DNA of 53,691 bases, filler included, from Bipalium vagum (lineage: Eukaryota), in assembly GCA_037834085.1 (NCBI GenBank). It is 3 parts of 3 records of this genome, joined end to end, with 100 filler letters (N's around TTAATTAATTAA, not from the genome) between each part and the next. Parts side by side here need not be neighbours in the genome. Positions count along the whole stretch, not along the records: positions 1 to 16,844 come from JBBMKC010090747.1; positions 16,945 to 34,486 come from JBBMKC010061338.1; 1 more part is not named here. One strand, given 5' to 3'. A program made the position numbers and the translations under genes. Below the pieces are notes generated by a model, which had not been told where the DNA came from, searched no databases, and was given only the letters and a program-made list of their open reading frames with translations. Below are positions 12,501-25,100 of this stretch, in pieces. Numbering within the stretch: position 1 is the first letter of the stretch; every line of letters begins with the position of its first letter.

Positions 12501-15239
12501 CTTTGAAAATTAGATAAACATAAAAACAAATACCCTAAAATCCTGTGTATAACACGCATATATATAAACACATAATGTGAACCAGTAATATTCCTGAACT
12601 ATTTACCATTCGATCAATGAAATGGGGGACTTGGTGTTAATATGCTCCATTCTGCCAGTCGATGGTAGCCTTAAAATCTGTAACTGAGAGGAAATTTTAA
12701 AAGTAATTGATTGAACTGAACTGGAGCAATTCGTAATGGACTATTCCTTGAAATTCCACCACACAAAAATTACCACTTGATCAAAGTACTTTAAAAACTT
12801 AATGTTTTGTACAAAGGAAAACAAAAAATTGATAAAATCATAATACCCAACGGTTCTAAACTACCGTTTGTGGATGTAAATCTCTCTCGTCAATTAGAGC
12901 ATGTTCCTTAATGCAAACCATGATACTAAGTTTTCGAATGAAGCAATGGGTATAAAGAAATTTGACACCTTCAAAGCTTGGATAAATATCAATAGGGTTA
13001 CGCTTTCAAAACTGACAAAACTATATTTTTTGAAAATGAAAATATTTCCTGCAACATTATGTTTAACATTAATCAATTTTTCAGTTGAAATGAAGACATA
13101 TTTTACTTTCATTAAGGTTTATGTGGTGGACTGCTCTACAAGTCTCAGGGATCTATCTCTAGTCCTAATTATCCACACAATTATCCAAGCATAGTAAATT
13201 GCACATGGTCTGTTAATGTCAGACGGTCCAATCTCATTACAATTACCATGATGGATCTCGATCTCGATCGGAACTGCTCAAAATCCAATCTGAGGTTTCT
13301 GAACATTGAACAACCAGATCAAAGTATTTATTTTGCCTTTTTTTTTCATTTTCCATAGTATTATTTGAACAGCTGTAGTCTGGAACAATTGCAATCAGTC
13401 CACTCTTTTTTTCCATGTTCCAAGCAGTCAAGTTAAAATAATCTTTACCACGAATACCACTAGGACGAAGAAGGGGTTTAAGTTGAATTATCGTTCCAAA
13501 TACTATAGTAATCACGCTATTATTATCATACTTTCGTAATAACATTTCTAGATTGTGATACGAGTTTTAAACAGCCTTCTGGTGAGGTTAAATCTCTAAA
13601 TTATCCGGGGGTCTTGCCTCCTTATATGACTTGTCACTGGCGTATTGAAGTTGATATTTCAAGAAGAATTTCCATACAAATAAAGGACATCAATCTTAGA
13701 ACAGGATGCATCTTTGTAAATTTTATAATAATGATAATAATAATATTATTAATAAAAGTAATAATAAAAATAGGAAAAAAAATAATAATCTAAATAATAC
13801 TTTGAGTGCAAATCTTAATTTTTAGGAAGAATGTCTTTAATTGATTGTAACTAATAATAATTTTTACTTTTTTCATTATTTTTTTTTCGTTCTTACTGTT
13901 ATAAATTTTGATAATACGTTCATAGGTGTATATACTTATTTTTCATAAAAATACACCACTAGTAAAAATAAAACCGGATATATATGTGATGAAATTGCGT
14001 GAACTTATTGAATTTATATTGCAAAAATTTAGAGATATCTTGTCTTACGATACAATTTTAGATTCTTGTTGGCATGCTATTAATTAAAAGATTTATTCTC
14101 CCTGAGTTATGTTGTTCCATATCAGCAGTTGAAGGTGGTTTTTAACTCATTCAATGCTTTTGGAGCAGTATGTGAAGAGCGTGGTTGATGACCCGTGAAA
14201 TATGTTTCCACTTCCGATTCTTTCAAAAACTTTACTGTTATACTACCAGTTGCCTTCACTAGTGCTTTCTTGTTGAAAACTAATCTGAAGTTGTTTTCAT
14301 TAATGGAAGTAAAATGGGTCTCAAAATTTTAACAATTCTATCGAAGAACATTCAAATTAGATCTGATACGTACAAGTAGTGACCGGAATCCAAAGCATAT
14401 GACATCCATTACCATAATTTCCAAAATAATTTTCTTGCGCATTGGTATAAGATCTTGACAAAATTTTGTTGTTTGCCACTGTAATGGATTCATTACTAAG
14501 GATAATGTGATTTCATTCATCACTTCAATTCTGTCTTTCTTAACAACAACTATACCTGCGGCTTTATGATTTAATGTCAATGGTAAATATGATTTTGGAA
14601 GATATGAACGGGAATGTAAATTTTTATGGTCGGCATAAATCTATCTCTAACATGTATGGGATGAAGGTTTATATCTTTACGTTCGTTGATGCTTTGATGT
14701 TGTCAACTTCTACTGAGACAATGCTGGAAGCTTTCTTCACACCTCACATTTCATGTCCTTAATATATTAAAATTATTTATTCCTCCAAATCCAGCGATAC
14801 TATTGACACTTATTCCACTTTCATGAAGTCCTGCTATCCAATTGTTAAATTTAATATGAGTACTTCTTATCATTCATGAATTATTAATTTACCTATTTAA
14901 ATGATACCCATACAAAAATATGGATATCTGATTAAATTTAACAACAGAATTCAATTCCAATTCTTTTTAAAATAATATGTGATACGTTTATATTGAAAAT
15001 AACATATAATGAAAAGACATTTTTAAAAAAAGTACACTTTATTTGAAATTTTATTTCAATTTTTCATAATTTTTTCCGTTTTAAGATAAGAGGACTCTAT
15101 ACTAATTACCAAAAATTATTTTGCAACGTCTTGTTTCGGACCATAGACATAGAAACAACTGTATCAGCGGTAATGTTTTCCATATTCGGCAGAAGCAATA
15201 ATCGAATATGGTTTACGTATCATTCAGAACTGCCATCTT
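538..15239 (+). CDS. CUBN: Cubilin-like tandem CUB-domain protein, partial (5' end upstream of window; about 8 CUB domains)
   Basis: GT-AG, phase-compatible exons: 538-663, 711-974, 1022-1154, 2244-2467, 2512-2702, 3650-3815, 6011-6232, 7197-7352, 7407-7597, 10625-10959, 11008-11183, 13117-13323, 13373-13507, 13552-13715, 15086-15239. They join into a stop-free frame with repeated CUB motifs (CGG...SPNYP...CEW, SPFYP...CIY, FCG, GFxLxY). The third domain lacks its first Cys pair, as I recall for cubilin CUB13; orthology needs a search. Confidence 0.8.
2969..3293. repeat. Imperfect ~44-bp inverted repeats (MITE-like) inside a CUB-gene intron
   Basis: AAGACTAAATTCGGATTGGCCCGTTTTGTTTTAACAGACTAATT (2969-3012) vs the reverse complement of 3250-3293, AAGTTGAAATTCGGTCTGGTCATGTTTTGTTTAAACGAACTATT. 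Confidence 0.5.
4100..4890 (+). mobile_element. pogo/Tigger-like transposase remnant
   Basis: Frameshifted CENP-B-type HTH (HRWFSIARSQG; FSASSVWLQKF...NISEYTIS) and the first DDE motif YELKNIFNADD...FKILPDE. Confidence 0.65.
4900..5380 (+). mobile_element. maT/DD37D-like Tc1/mariner transposase remnant (3' half)
   Basis: Fragments SKSPACVMIFCVISSEGD, NTVVKPWM, LDYYLWGVIEAEVN...SLRDAM, RLEEVAAANGGHFE*. Confidence 0.65.
6545..7051 (-). mobile_element. mariner (Mos1-like) 5' remnant
   Basis: ORF 6904-6704 MSTFKPSKEHLQEVLIYYF...VYG...RFRSNDFSVKEKERSGRP continues past a stop into ENHDLQNLLDED. TIR-like AGGGGTACAAATAAATAATG near 7050. Confidence 0.8.
8090..8800 (-). mobile_element. Merlin (IS1595/ISXO2-like) transposase remnant
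   Basis: Minus-strand fragments KIG*PGLIVEKDE, INPGIIIHSD, GAY, ATVNYNEYFIDQIT match the ISXO2 consensus GGPGxIVEIDE / PGTxIHSDxWxAY / TVNHSxxFVDPxTG. Confidence 0.6.
9490..10380 (-). mobile_element. Decayed mariner transposase
   Basis: Fragments LSKQDIRVIF, CKRTIRRW, TSDEKTIFYENHKRKRQ (consensus VTxDEKWIxYxNxKRKxQW), KIMVSL*W; many frameshifts. Confidence 0.6.
11332..11916 (+). mobile_element. Internally deleted IS630/Tc1-like element with TIRs and TA target-site duplication
   Basis: About 35-bp imperfect TIRs (CGGGCTTATGCAGAAATATATAGAAAAATATTCA / CAGAGTTATGCAGAAAAATATAGGAAAAAATTTCA), TA at 11330-31 and 11917-18. Internal VLMMDNCRFHH...FLPPCSPQLN..IEEFFS. Confidence 0.8.
14030..14880 (-). 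mobile_element. Decayed Tc1-like transposase
   Basis: Fragments IAGLHESGIS, ERKDINLHPIHVRDRF, LPLTLNHKAA...DE*NHIILSNES (WxxVxFSDES), ILRPILLP. Confidence 0.55.
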
Positions 15240-15599
15240 GTAAATTTATTTTTTTTATAATTATACCAAACATAATTTTCTGTTCTTAAAATATTTTCAT
15301 ATTAAATAAAATGAAAGTTAATTTGCCTTGAATTTATTTGAAAATGATTATAATGTTTGAAATACTCTAAATCCTGAAATAATGCCACAAAATTTAATAA
15401 AGCCAAATTCAATTTATTCATATACATTTCTGAAATATTCGATCCAGAATTAACAGTTAAGTATTGACTTCTATCAGTTGAATCATTGGGAATGTTGTCC
15501 CATAACATGAGATTATTGCTAATAATAACTGGAGACCTAAGTTTTAAACTTTTATTGATTAGCTTCGGTTTTAATAAGTTTCATCTTTCTTTAAGTCAT

Positions 15600-16050
15600 T
15601 CCCCAATAACTCAAAATTTTCCTTGCACAAACTATGCCAATAGTCAATTTCATGTGCTCCTCCAAAAATTACCGAATCATTAAGATTATAAATATTCTCG
15701 ATTTGAATATTGAATTCAGCAATTACATCTTCAAAATTGTTGATAGAAAATTGATTGATTTATCATTGTTAGTACAGAAATCTTTTCTCATTGTAAATAA
15801 ATTTCTTTTCGGAAAACATTCTAATCTTCCATTCTATGCTTTGAACTGAACCTATTAATTATCAGTGAATTTCTTGGGCCATTTCAAAATATCAAATCTC
15901 CTAACTATTTTTCTTTGAAAACGATCATTTTATATTTGGAGTAATAAAATTTGCTCTTGAGACTCTAATAATAGCTTTCTTCCTCATCCAGCACACCTAT
16001 GCTGTGAAACTTAAAATGTTCATATTATCTCTTCGTTACTTTATCATCTT
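15600..16050 (-). mobile_element. Possible pogo/Fot1-like remnant
   Basis: FEDVIAEFNIQIENIYNLNDS resembles the pogo-family IxNxDETG region; little other support. Confidence 0.3.
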
Positions 16051-16276
16051 CTAGTAACCTTACGGTCGATCATGAAATTAATAGCCGGTTTTCGAATGAT
16101 TTTATTCATTTTATTCTCGTTTATAGCTTTAATTTTGCATGATTGGTTACATTGGTTATATTTCATCTGAAAAGGTAAATAAGCAAAACAAAAAATAAGA
16201 GAATTCTTAATTAGTTAATCAGCTTGTTTTTCAATTAAAATAAAAATTATTTTATCACGTTTTTTAATTTATTTAG

Positions 16277-16521
16277 AATTACGTGATTACTTTGTACCAA
16301 GTATGTATAAAAAATATTCATAATGTGGAAAATAGATATTTCATGCTTCCATAATTTTCGAATATGGATGTTTATTTAAAGTTTTCATAAATTAATATAA
16401 CTTAGACGATTTGTCTCTAAAGCTGACAACTATGACGACCCACGGGGCATTATTTCAGGTTTGATATTTATGAGTGTTATATTGACCAATTTCATAATTA
16501 GTTCAAGATCTGAGAGATTGA
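16277..16521 (+). CDS. Tentative micro-exon cluster; possible 3' end of the CUB gene
   Basis: Candidate exons 16277-16300, 16336-16369, 16406-16458 and 16502-16521, separated by 35-, 36- and 43-nt GT-AG introns. One frame gives CUB-like IWIRFVSKADNYDDPRG...*; frame and connection upstream are ambiguous. Confidence 0.35.
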
Positions 16522-16844
16522 AATTTATATAAATCTAATGTAATTTAAGTCTATCTATTTTATTATAAATTAATTATTATTATTAAACAGATATCATTAA
16601 TTAACTTTAAAAAATTGATTTCTATCCTCCTCAATTTGTATATTGATTTCTGATCATCTTACTCTGATCAATAATGACTCACAACTTTTTTTTACCATTA
16701 CCTTGGGTCGGGAGTTAATAAATTTTTTCGTAAAATAATTTTTCAAATATTTTTAATTATTAGGTGTTGTACAAGTTGAAAATGACGTTTTTTAAGACTG
16801 TAAAAAAGTTTATTTTTTACAAGAATAAACAAAATTTTTTATAC

Positions 16845-16944
16845 NNNNNNNNNNNNNNNNNNNNNNNNNNNNNNNNNNNNNNNNNNNNTTAATTAATTAA
16901 NNNNNNNNNNNNNNNNNNNNNNNNNNNNNNNNNNNNNNNNNNNN
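16845..16944. other. Artificial scaffold-joining linker (44 N + TTAATTAATTAA + 44 N)
   Basis: Exactly 100 nt, identical to 34487-34586; the 12-mer puts stops in all six frames. Confidence 0.95.
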
Positions 16945-16975
<31 letters not shown>

Positions 16976-16979
16976 GTTA

Positions 16980-17020
<41 letters not shown>
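16945..17020. repeat. (TAT)n microsatellite at a contig end
   Basis: Directly visible, with a few TGT interruptions. Confidence 0.9.
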
Positions 17021-17076
17021 TATTGCCTCTATTTATTTAAGTTAATTCTTCATCCAGGTTACAAGAATAAAAAATA

Positions 17077-17228
17077 TTGCATTTCAGTTATTAGCTGTCT
17101 AATTTCTTTTATTTGTCGGATATTTTTTTTCATCAATTGTTTGATAAATTTCAAAGACAGTCTGAAATGTATGGCACGAGCTCTCTAAAAATTCTCTAAA
17201 TGGAACACATTACGAGACTGAAATGCAA
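17077..17228. mobile_element. Small MITE-like element with perfect 12-bp TIRs flanked by TA
   Basis: TA|TTGCATTTCAGT ... ACTGAAATGCAA|TA. Confidence 0.45.
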
Positions 17229-18099
17229 TAATTGATAATTATACATGAAGCTTTTTATTGAAAATAATAATGTCGTAAAATAATTATATAATATTTTTTT
17301 GTCTATTTATAAAGTTGACGCACATTTATGTCGTCTTATAAGAACGTTTTCCGCTTTAGAGATCTGTGAAGCCTGACTGCGAAGTGTGCAGCAGCGTCGA
17401 TTCTGGTCAAGGTGCTAGCGAAGAGGAGATTTTATTATATAATTACAAATGTTAGTAAAACCTTTAATGTCAATGTTTATTTTCATTTGATTAAGTGATT
17501 ATTGTAATTAAATATTTTGCTTCCTCAACAACACTTGAGTAATAAAAGAACAAGATACATCCACTTGAGATTCGATGTTTTTGACATGATAACTATACCT
17601 TTCTCCTAAGAGATGTTAGAGGACATTACCAACTGGAATTATTATGGTATTGAGATTTCCCTAATTTTCAGATGGTGGAATAATCAAGTCTAGGAAGCAG
17701 AAATTGTTTATTCTTCTGCGAGAATCGTATTATTTTCGTTCTTGTTTGTTTTGCAATTTTAATATTTACATAATTCATATTTTTGATAAATTAGTATATG
17801 GCAATTTGAACATATTCAACATATTAAATTAAATCTTTATTCATCATTAAAACCTGTTTGAACTTATTTATTTTGGAAAAATCTAATTTCACAAAAATGT
17901 TCATTTTCTTCAATTTCATTTTTCGATTGAAGTAATTTAATTGACCTTTCCTTGATTTGATTTTTGGGGAAATGTTTCCTCCACAATTATTAATATTATT
18001 TATTCTCCTATTCGCCTTTTGCGTTCAAGGACCAAAGTTCATTATTCTTGGAACTTTTCTGAATAATTATTCAGTCTTCTCTTAGGTACCGGAATACTG

Positions 18100-18930
18100 A
18101 GTGTCGTTTTCCTCCCAGAAGTTTCAAATAAAAAAATTATTTATTCAATAAAAACAATTTGAAAAATGTAATCACCAAATGACTTAACAACTTTTCTTCA
18201 ACGATATATAACCGAAAAAGTGCCTCTCTCTAAAAAACCAGGTCCCTTAGAGTCAAAAAAGAGAGACAGGTCACTTTGAAAATCATTTACGCAATAGTAC
18301 TTCTTACCAAACAAAAAATTAAACAGCCAAAATGATCATATATATATAGACAATAGTTCAATGGCTCAAGATCCGGACTGTACGCTAGATGTGGTAAAAA
18401 CTCAATAGATTCTAATTCTTGGAATTTTCCATTGTTTTCTTCGCAGTGTGTGGCTTGGCGTTGTCTTGTTGCAGGAGCACTCACTTTCTGTTACCAATGA
18501 CGGATATTTCTGCTTTAATTTGCAAATATGAGATCTATTTGAGCACAATAGAAATCTACTTCTACAGCCATGCTATTCGGAACTAATTAAAAGTGAATGA
18601 CGCCTTCAAAATTCCACCAAACGCACAATAGATATTTTTTGAGAACCATTCTCTATTTGGAACTGGATATGCTGACTGGTATATATCCAAAAATTGATTT
18701 ATTTGTCAGGATTAGTGTTTTAGACCTAAAGTAACAATTTGGCCATTAAATCAGTGGATTTTGATGCAGTTTTGTACATGCTTCAATACGTCGCTTTGCC
18801 TGACTTTGTGTTAACTCACGAGGTACTTTTTTGCAGCATTTGTTGATTCCTGATGTCGGACAACTGTTCTCTGTACAATACCAAGTTCAGGAGTCAATAG
18901 ACGAGTACTGGTCGATGGATTAGCTAACAA
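18100..18930 (-). mobile_element. Decayed mariner (DD34D) transposase
   Basis: LLQQDNAKPHTAKKT then (frameshift) FQELESIEFLPHLAYSPDLEPLNY; upstream fragments VPRELT, CAFGGILK, EVDFYCAQID. Confidence 0.75.
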
Positions 18931-19209
18931 TATCTATATATAAATATGGGTGCCTATGAATTACCTTAGAATAATATTTTTAAGTTATAGATTTTAATTA
19001 ATGACATATGCTGTGTCAATGAAAGAAATAGTTTTGAATAAACTATTTCCTTAATATGCCTCCACACAAAAAGGTTTAACTGATGAAGACCAATACGCAA
19101 GCTCCAGTCTTTTGTAAAGACCATTAAAAAAATAATTGATTAAAGGCAGGCTTAAAATAATCTTTCAAAAAATCTAACTAATTTATGCTTATCACATTTT
19201 TGGAGAACC

Positions 19210-19490
19210 TACTAACATAATCAGAAACTCAGTTCATGACACCAGCAAGCATGACCGACCTTTCCGCTGCCAGATGAGGATTGTCTTAGCTCCAAAAAAC
19301 ATTGTCATGTGTGTTCACACATCCGTCGATATGAAATTTAGCATCGTTGCTCCGCTGAATAAGAGATTTGCATCTCTGTCAATCCGAGTGAGAAATTCTT
19401 TACAAAACATTCATCTGTCAAAATCATTTTCTCTCAACGACTGAATCAATCTGCAGATGTCAGTTTAATATGCAATATCTTCATTGCTTT
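19210..19490 (-). mobile_element. DD41D-type transposase fragment
   Basis: LIQSLRENDFDR*MFC...SNDAKFHIDGCVNTHDNVFWS*DNPH (consensus SDEAxFHLxGxVNxHNxxxWxxxNPH). Confidence 0.65.
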
Positions 19491-22389
19491 ACCGCTTTAC
19501 CATTCTTAGCAGTTTAAATACTAAATTTCTGAAAATTTAAGGTTTAACTATTTTATGAATCTTTTTGTATAAATAAATATTATATATAGAGATAAAGATG
19601 TGAAATACTTTAACACTTTCAAAATTGCTAAAAGTGAACCAAATAGATTCTTGACATGACTCTTATAAGGCTTATATCTTATAGTTTTTGACTAATAATA
19701 AATAATTCCCTGAATCAGATATCAAGCAGCTGTCAAACCATTCAAAATCTGATTTCCTGTAGTAATCCCTTTGGCCAAGTGATTAATTCATCTCCATACG
19801 TGAGACTTTAGAACCATGGGAAAATTCGTATGGACCCTAATCTTATCTTACAATCCTATAGTTGATACTACGAATGATATATTAAGGGAATGATATACTG
19901 ATGATATTTAATATTATCAACTTTTTATGATAATCCTTTATGACTAATTTATTTGACTGCCATAACCATATTTTTAAGTTAATTTGAGGTACGACATAAT
20001 GAATAAAAAAAAGATTGATTGATAAATAATTTATTTGAATTAATGAGAAAAATTGTCCTAATTCTATTTTCTGTATATATTTCCTAATTGATGCGTTTAA
20101 TTCAGTCCATTTGTTTTAATAATATTTTACAAATTCCTACGAAATTAAATGTAGTACATCTTTTATGATAGACAAAATTTAATTCGGTAAAGTGCTTATT
20201 TCCTCAAAATCAGGAATATATTTTATAATTTTTCCTATAATTATGAATTTATTTTTTTAAGTATTAAAAAATATCAATTCGATTCGAAAAACGTTTTTTT
20301 TTGAATTTTTGGGACATTTTAAAATTAACTATAAAAAGTAATATGTATAAATTCTTTTTAATTATGTAAAAATGTTTTACAAGCACAGTTTACATGTATT
20401 CTTTCAAGCACACACCTTTTATCAGTTGACAAAATATTTGTTTAAACAAATAAACAAGTAATTTTTGATTTTACACATTTTTAATGATTAAATTATAGGA
20501 TAATTTTTTATTAAAATACTTTAATTGATCATGACTGACCTAAAATTGTTTTATTTAATTTTAATTAATCAGAGAATATGCGAACAACTCAGTGGCTTAT
20601 GTCTTCTGTTTGAATGTTTATCTCTAATTCTTTTATTATTAATTTCTCACCATTCTTAATTTTTTGCATTCATTTTAATTTTTACGTGCAAGACAATTCA
20701 TTAAATGGTCTGTGACTTTATTGGTTCTGCTTAATTTCACATTCTCACTAATATGTTTTAAAGTGACAATATCTCACATATATAGATAATCTATCATGTC
20801 CATTAAATTTGAATTGGTACACAATATTGTAAGCAAACTTTAATTTTTATATAATTCTTTGTTTTCACTGATATTCATATTACTTTCAGATCATGTACTA
20901 TTTCCTACTTGAAGTTTCTAAACCTCTTTGAAAATGTTCTTTATTAGACCTGCAGATTGTCACTTATATTGCGATAATTCGGAAGACGCAATAGCTGCTG
21001 TGCTTTGTGTAAATCTGAATTGTAACAGGATAGACTTTGATTCATCATAAGAACCAATAGAATATTTCTAAAAATCATGTATATTGAAAGATATATTGAA
21101 AATTAGTCTGGGTATTTAGCTCAGCAGTCACAGCAGTCCATTCACTTATGATAGATCTCTGGTTTTATATTCGCCATAGAATTTCATATTGTTTAGAGAA
21201 CATCTATTCATTATAAGTAGTACTATCAAGATAATTTTAATTTTTGATTACTCCAAAAGTTCCTTTTACTAAACTCAGTGCTCTGTTTATTCATATTTTC
21301 AGCCGTCACCTTTTTCACAGGCCTCTGACCAAGACTGTTTTTTTTCTGAGGACTCTTAGTTAAAATAATAAGAGTAAAAATTCTCTATAATTATTTTTTT
21401 TCTGTACAACTTGTCCATAGTTGATAAAAAATTTAACGAAAAAATTTGATTGGTGTTTTTATTAATTACTCTCGTTAAATATTATTATATTTGTAAAACC
21501 AGGCTTAGAGTGAAATCTATAAGATATAAGGCATTATACTCAAAATAGGTCATAAACTAAACGATAAAGAACAAATAACTAAGTTGTTCTTTAAACATAA
21601 TTTTATCTTCCGTTTCTCACAACAACCTTACTCTCAATATGAGTTATAAGGACACTTTCATGTTCAGGAATTTATAGTGGAAGAGTGAACAAAAAAACAT
21701 TCACATTCAAAGATGAAGTAAAAATAACTTTACTGAGAAGACCGACAAGATACAAGGTGATCTGAACAGCATTATCTTTTCTTAACAAATATTTGGTCAT
21801 TAAGGGTCCTCTTGACTTATTCCCGAATTCTTTTAAAATGAACTCCATTATATTTTATTTTTACACGTGTTCCTCCGCTATTTGAAATCATTTCTATATA
21901 CATATATTAATTCTTTATGTGCTCATTTGTCAAATTTATATATTATATATAATGAAATGCTCATTTGCCGAGTTTCTTTAGAGAAAAATCTCAATTTAAT
22001 TTTAATTTAATTTGATATACCGAGCGAATACCAACAGATTTCTCAAAACATTTTCATATAACTTGCCTAATGTCTTTCATAAATTAAATAAATAATAATT
22101 AATAAAACCATTTTTCAAAATATAAAATACCGTGACTGTGGGAACGGTATAAAACTTTTTTAATCGTAAATGGGTATTGTTTAATTTTAAAAAATTTATA
22201 ATTAAAAAAATTAAAACATTATTTTGAAATTTATATAGAAAAATAAAATAAAATAAAATTTTATTTCATAAATTTTCTAAGAAATTTATAAATCTACTTT
22301 TAAATGTCTGGTTCTTTTCTTAATGAAATATATAGTGATATTAATGTTGCTAACAATTTTAATATATGAATTTTATTTTTTATTTTTTT

Positions 22390-23740
22390 TGTGGACATAC
22401 CTTTAAATCCGTAGTTTTTATTTCACATAACTAATGCATTTGTTAAAATTATTTCCTATTTATTCGTTACAACTATTTAACTAAAGTGAAAGGCAACTAA
22501 TGAAATTATATATAGTAATATAGATATTTTTTAATTTTGTTTAAACAAAATATTTATTTGAAATTGGTGCCATTGTAAAACATGAAGAGAGGCGCAGAAT
22601 TATCAGATTTTATAAGTGGAAGAATATATTCATTGAAATTGGATGCTCAATGGAACTACCAGGAAATTGCGGTTGTTTTAAAGATTTCAAGAAATATTAG
22701 GTTGTCCGAAACGTTCCTGGCCTAGTCAAGAAAGACCAATGAAGTCAACGAAAAGCATTTATTTTAATCAACTTAAAACCCTTGTAGATAAATAGTACGA
22801 TATCAGCGTTTATCAATGTTTATGGCTCAAAGATGAGTAAAATATCATAATGCGGGATAGTAAATCACAAGTGTGAAAAGTGAATGCTATATCGAACGAA
22901 ATTATGAACCTAATCGACTTAGAAGGACTGTCAAAGAAGGAAATTACCCATAATATATATATCTGCACAAATTCTGAATAGAAGACTTTGTGAAAATTGA
23001 CTATGTGCGACCGGAAACCGAAACTGAATGAAAAATTGAAAGACCGAAGAAGTAAGTGGAGACTCAATCACGTAAACTGTATATTAGATGGTTGGTCTCG
23101 TATTGTCTTCAGTGTTGAGAGTAGCTTTTAATTAGGCACTAATTTTGCCCAATAATTGTACTGATGTATAGGAAAACGGTATAATGAAAAGTGTGTATTT
23201 ACTCATGTAAATCGAAATACAGGCAACTGTATGATTTAGGATGCTTTCTTTGTGATAGGATTAAAAGTGGAACGTTGAATTCAGAAAGGTACCAACAACT
23301 TCTCACAATTAGTCAACTGCCAATTATACTCAAACTCTTAACAAATTAAAGTCAATTTCAACAAGACAATGATCTTGCAGATGTGTACAGATCAACAAAA
23401 ACTTTTGGAGGTCTGTGATGTCAATGTTTTTATATGGACTAGTATTAGTCAGATATGAGCCCAATCAAAAATGTATTGAATCGTATCTGATCGAGATTAT
23501 AAGTTGACAACAGACAGTGACCAGTTATTCTCTACGTTGAAGAGAAATACGGAATCACTTTATGAGGAGCACAAAGTATGGCCTTATTTAGATTGAATCC
23601 ATGATTGATTGTGTTAAAACTTTGTATAAAATTTATGGTGATATAACAGGTTATTAGTTGGTGTTTACTTCAAAAATGTGAAAATATATGTATTTAAACA
23701 GGTATGTAGTTCTCATTGTAGTTCTCACAACTCTATACTG
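22390..23740 (+). mobile_element. Near full-length decayed Tc1 element
   Basis: ATG at 22582 MKRGAELSDFISGRIYSL; KPKLNEKLKDRRSKW...WSRIVFSVES; LNSERYQQLL; FQQDND; degenerate TIR match (ACATACCT[G]TTAAAT) at about 22399 and 23691-23707. Confidence 0.75.
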
Positions 23741-24889
23741 AAAATATATAGTTAAAAAAGATATTTTTTATAACTTCCTTCGAAAATCTCTTGTTGATAT
23801 TTTTGATTCCTCGTCATGTCAATAAACGCTCTTAAAAGTTCAGAGATGATCATAGAAATCCAGTAAACATTCTGAAGAATATGGTTGGTAATATCATACT
23901 CTGTAGTATATCTTTCGTAATATTTTCTTATTAATAGTACTTTATTTGGGTTTACCAAAATCAATTTTTAATTAAAATTTCAATTATTTTCAAGTGACCA
24001 CAGACTTTTTTGTGAAGAATTTTAATAATTGAATTTGTTTTAATTTTCGTTTTCTATTATATTTTTCTCTTTGAGCAATAATAATATTTGCGAAAAACCG
24101 AATGAGTTTTATCTACGAATAGTTATATGCAAAAATTATAACCTGAGAATGACAAGCTTTGTGAAAATCCCTAGGAATATTCTTATGAATTTCTATTTTG
24201 TGAATTTATTATTCCCGTTGAGTGATGATCTGAAAATTGTATTATTTTATGAATATTTATACTAGCAATATGATCCGTGATCGGTAATCAGGTTTTCTAC
24301 TCAGAGAAACATAAAAACCCAAACTAAATATAATATTTATTATTATTATTTGTGCCGAAATAATTGGTATGTTTAGGTCGACAATTAAAATACTTTTCGG
24401 CATTCTTTTCATCATTATACTAATGTAACATTTCGCTTTCTTTAATTTTTGATGCATTACCACAATTGTCATGGAAAACTAATTAGTATGAATTCAATTT
24501 AATTAATTATAATTTTGCTTAATAATCATAACAAAAATTATATTCAATTAAAAGATAAAGGAAGAAAAATGTCTGAAATACATTAATGTATTAGAAATTT
24601 TTTGAGGAAACGCAAATTGTAAAAATAAATAAAAAAATATATTTATTGTTACAATTTTATTTCTAATATGAATAAAATATTTATTGAAAACTCTTTATTT
24701 TTTTTTAAATATAATAAATGTTTTTTTCTAAGAATACAATTCATTAATAAATTAAATGTCTAAATATAATTATTCGTTCGGTAATTATAAAGTTCTCTAC
24801 GTTAATTGCGTTTATTAATTATTGAAAGACAATATTAAATTATAATAAAGTTCAAGTAATTATATAAAAATACTTTTGATTGTTTTTTG

Positions 24890-25100
24890 TATGATAATAA
24901 TGATAATAATAATAATAAAAAAAAATAATAATAATAAAATTTATACGTAATATAATAATTTTGATTTTTAAAAAAAAATAATAAATTTTTTTTATTATAT
25001 TTAATAAAATAATTTTGACTGCTTTTTAAATAATAACAATAACAAAAATAATAATAATAAAATAATAATAATAAAATAATAATAATAATAATAAATAATA
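24890..25100. repeat. Degenerate (AAT)n low-complexity tract
   Basis: Directly visible. Confidence 0.7.

Noticed and set aside
16889-16900. TTAATTAATTAA palindrome as a biological site
   Set aside because: Centred in exactly 44+44 N at both occurrences; an assembly spacer.
17341-17430. GC-rich patch as an ncRNA or exon
   Set aside because: No tRNA/snRNA boxes, convincing fold or protein motif; possibly LTR debris.
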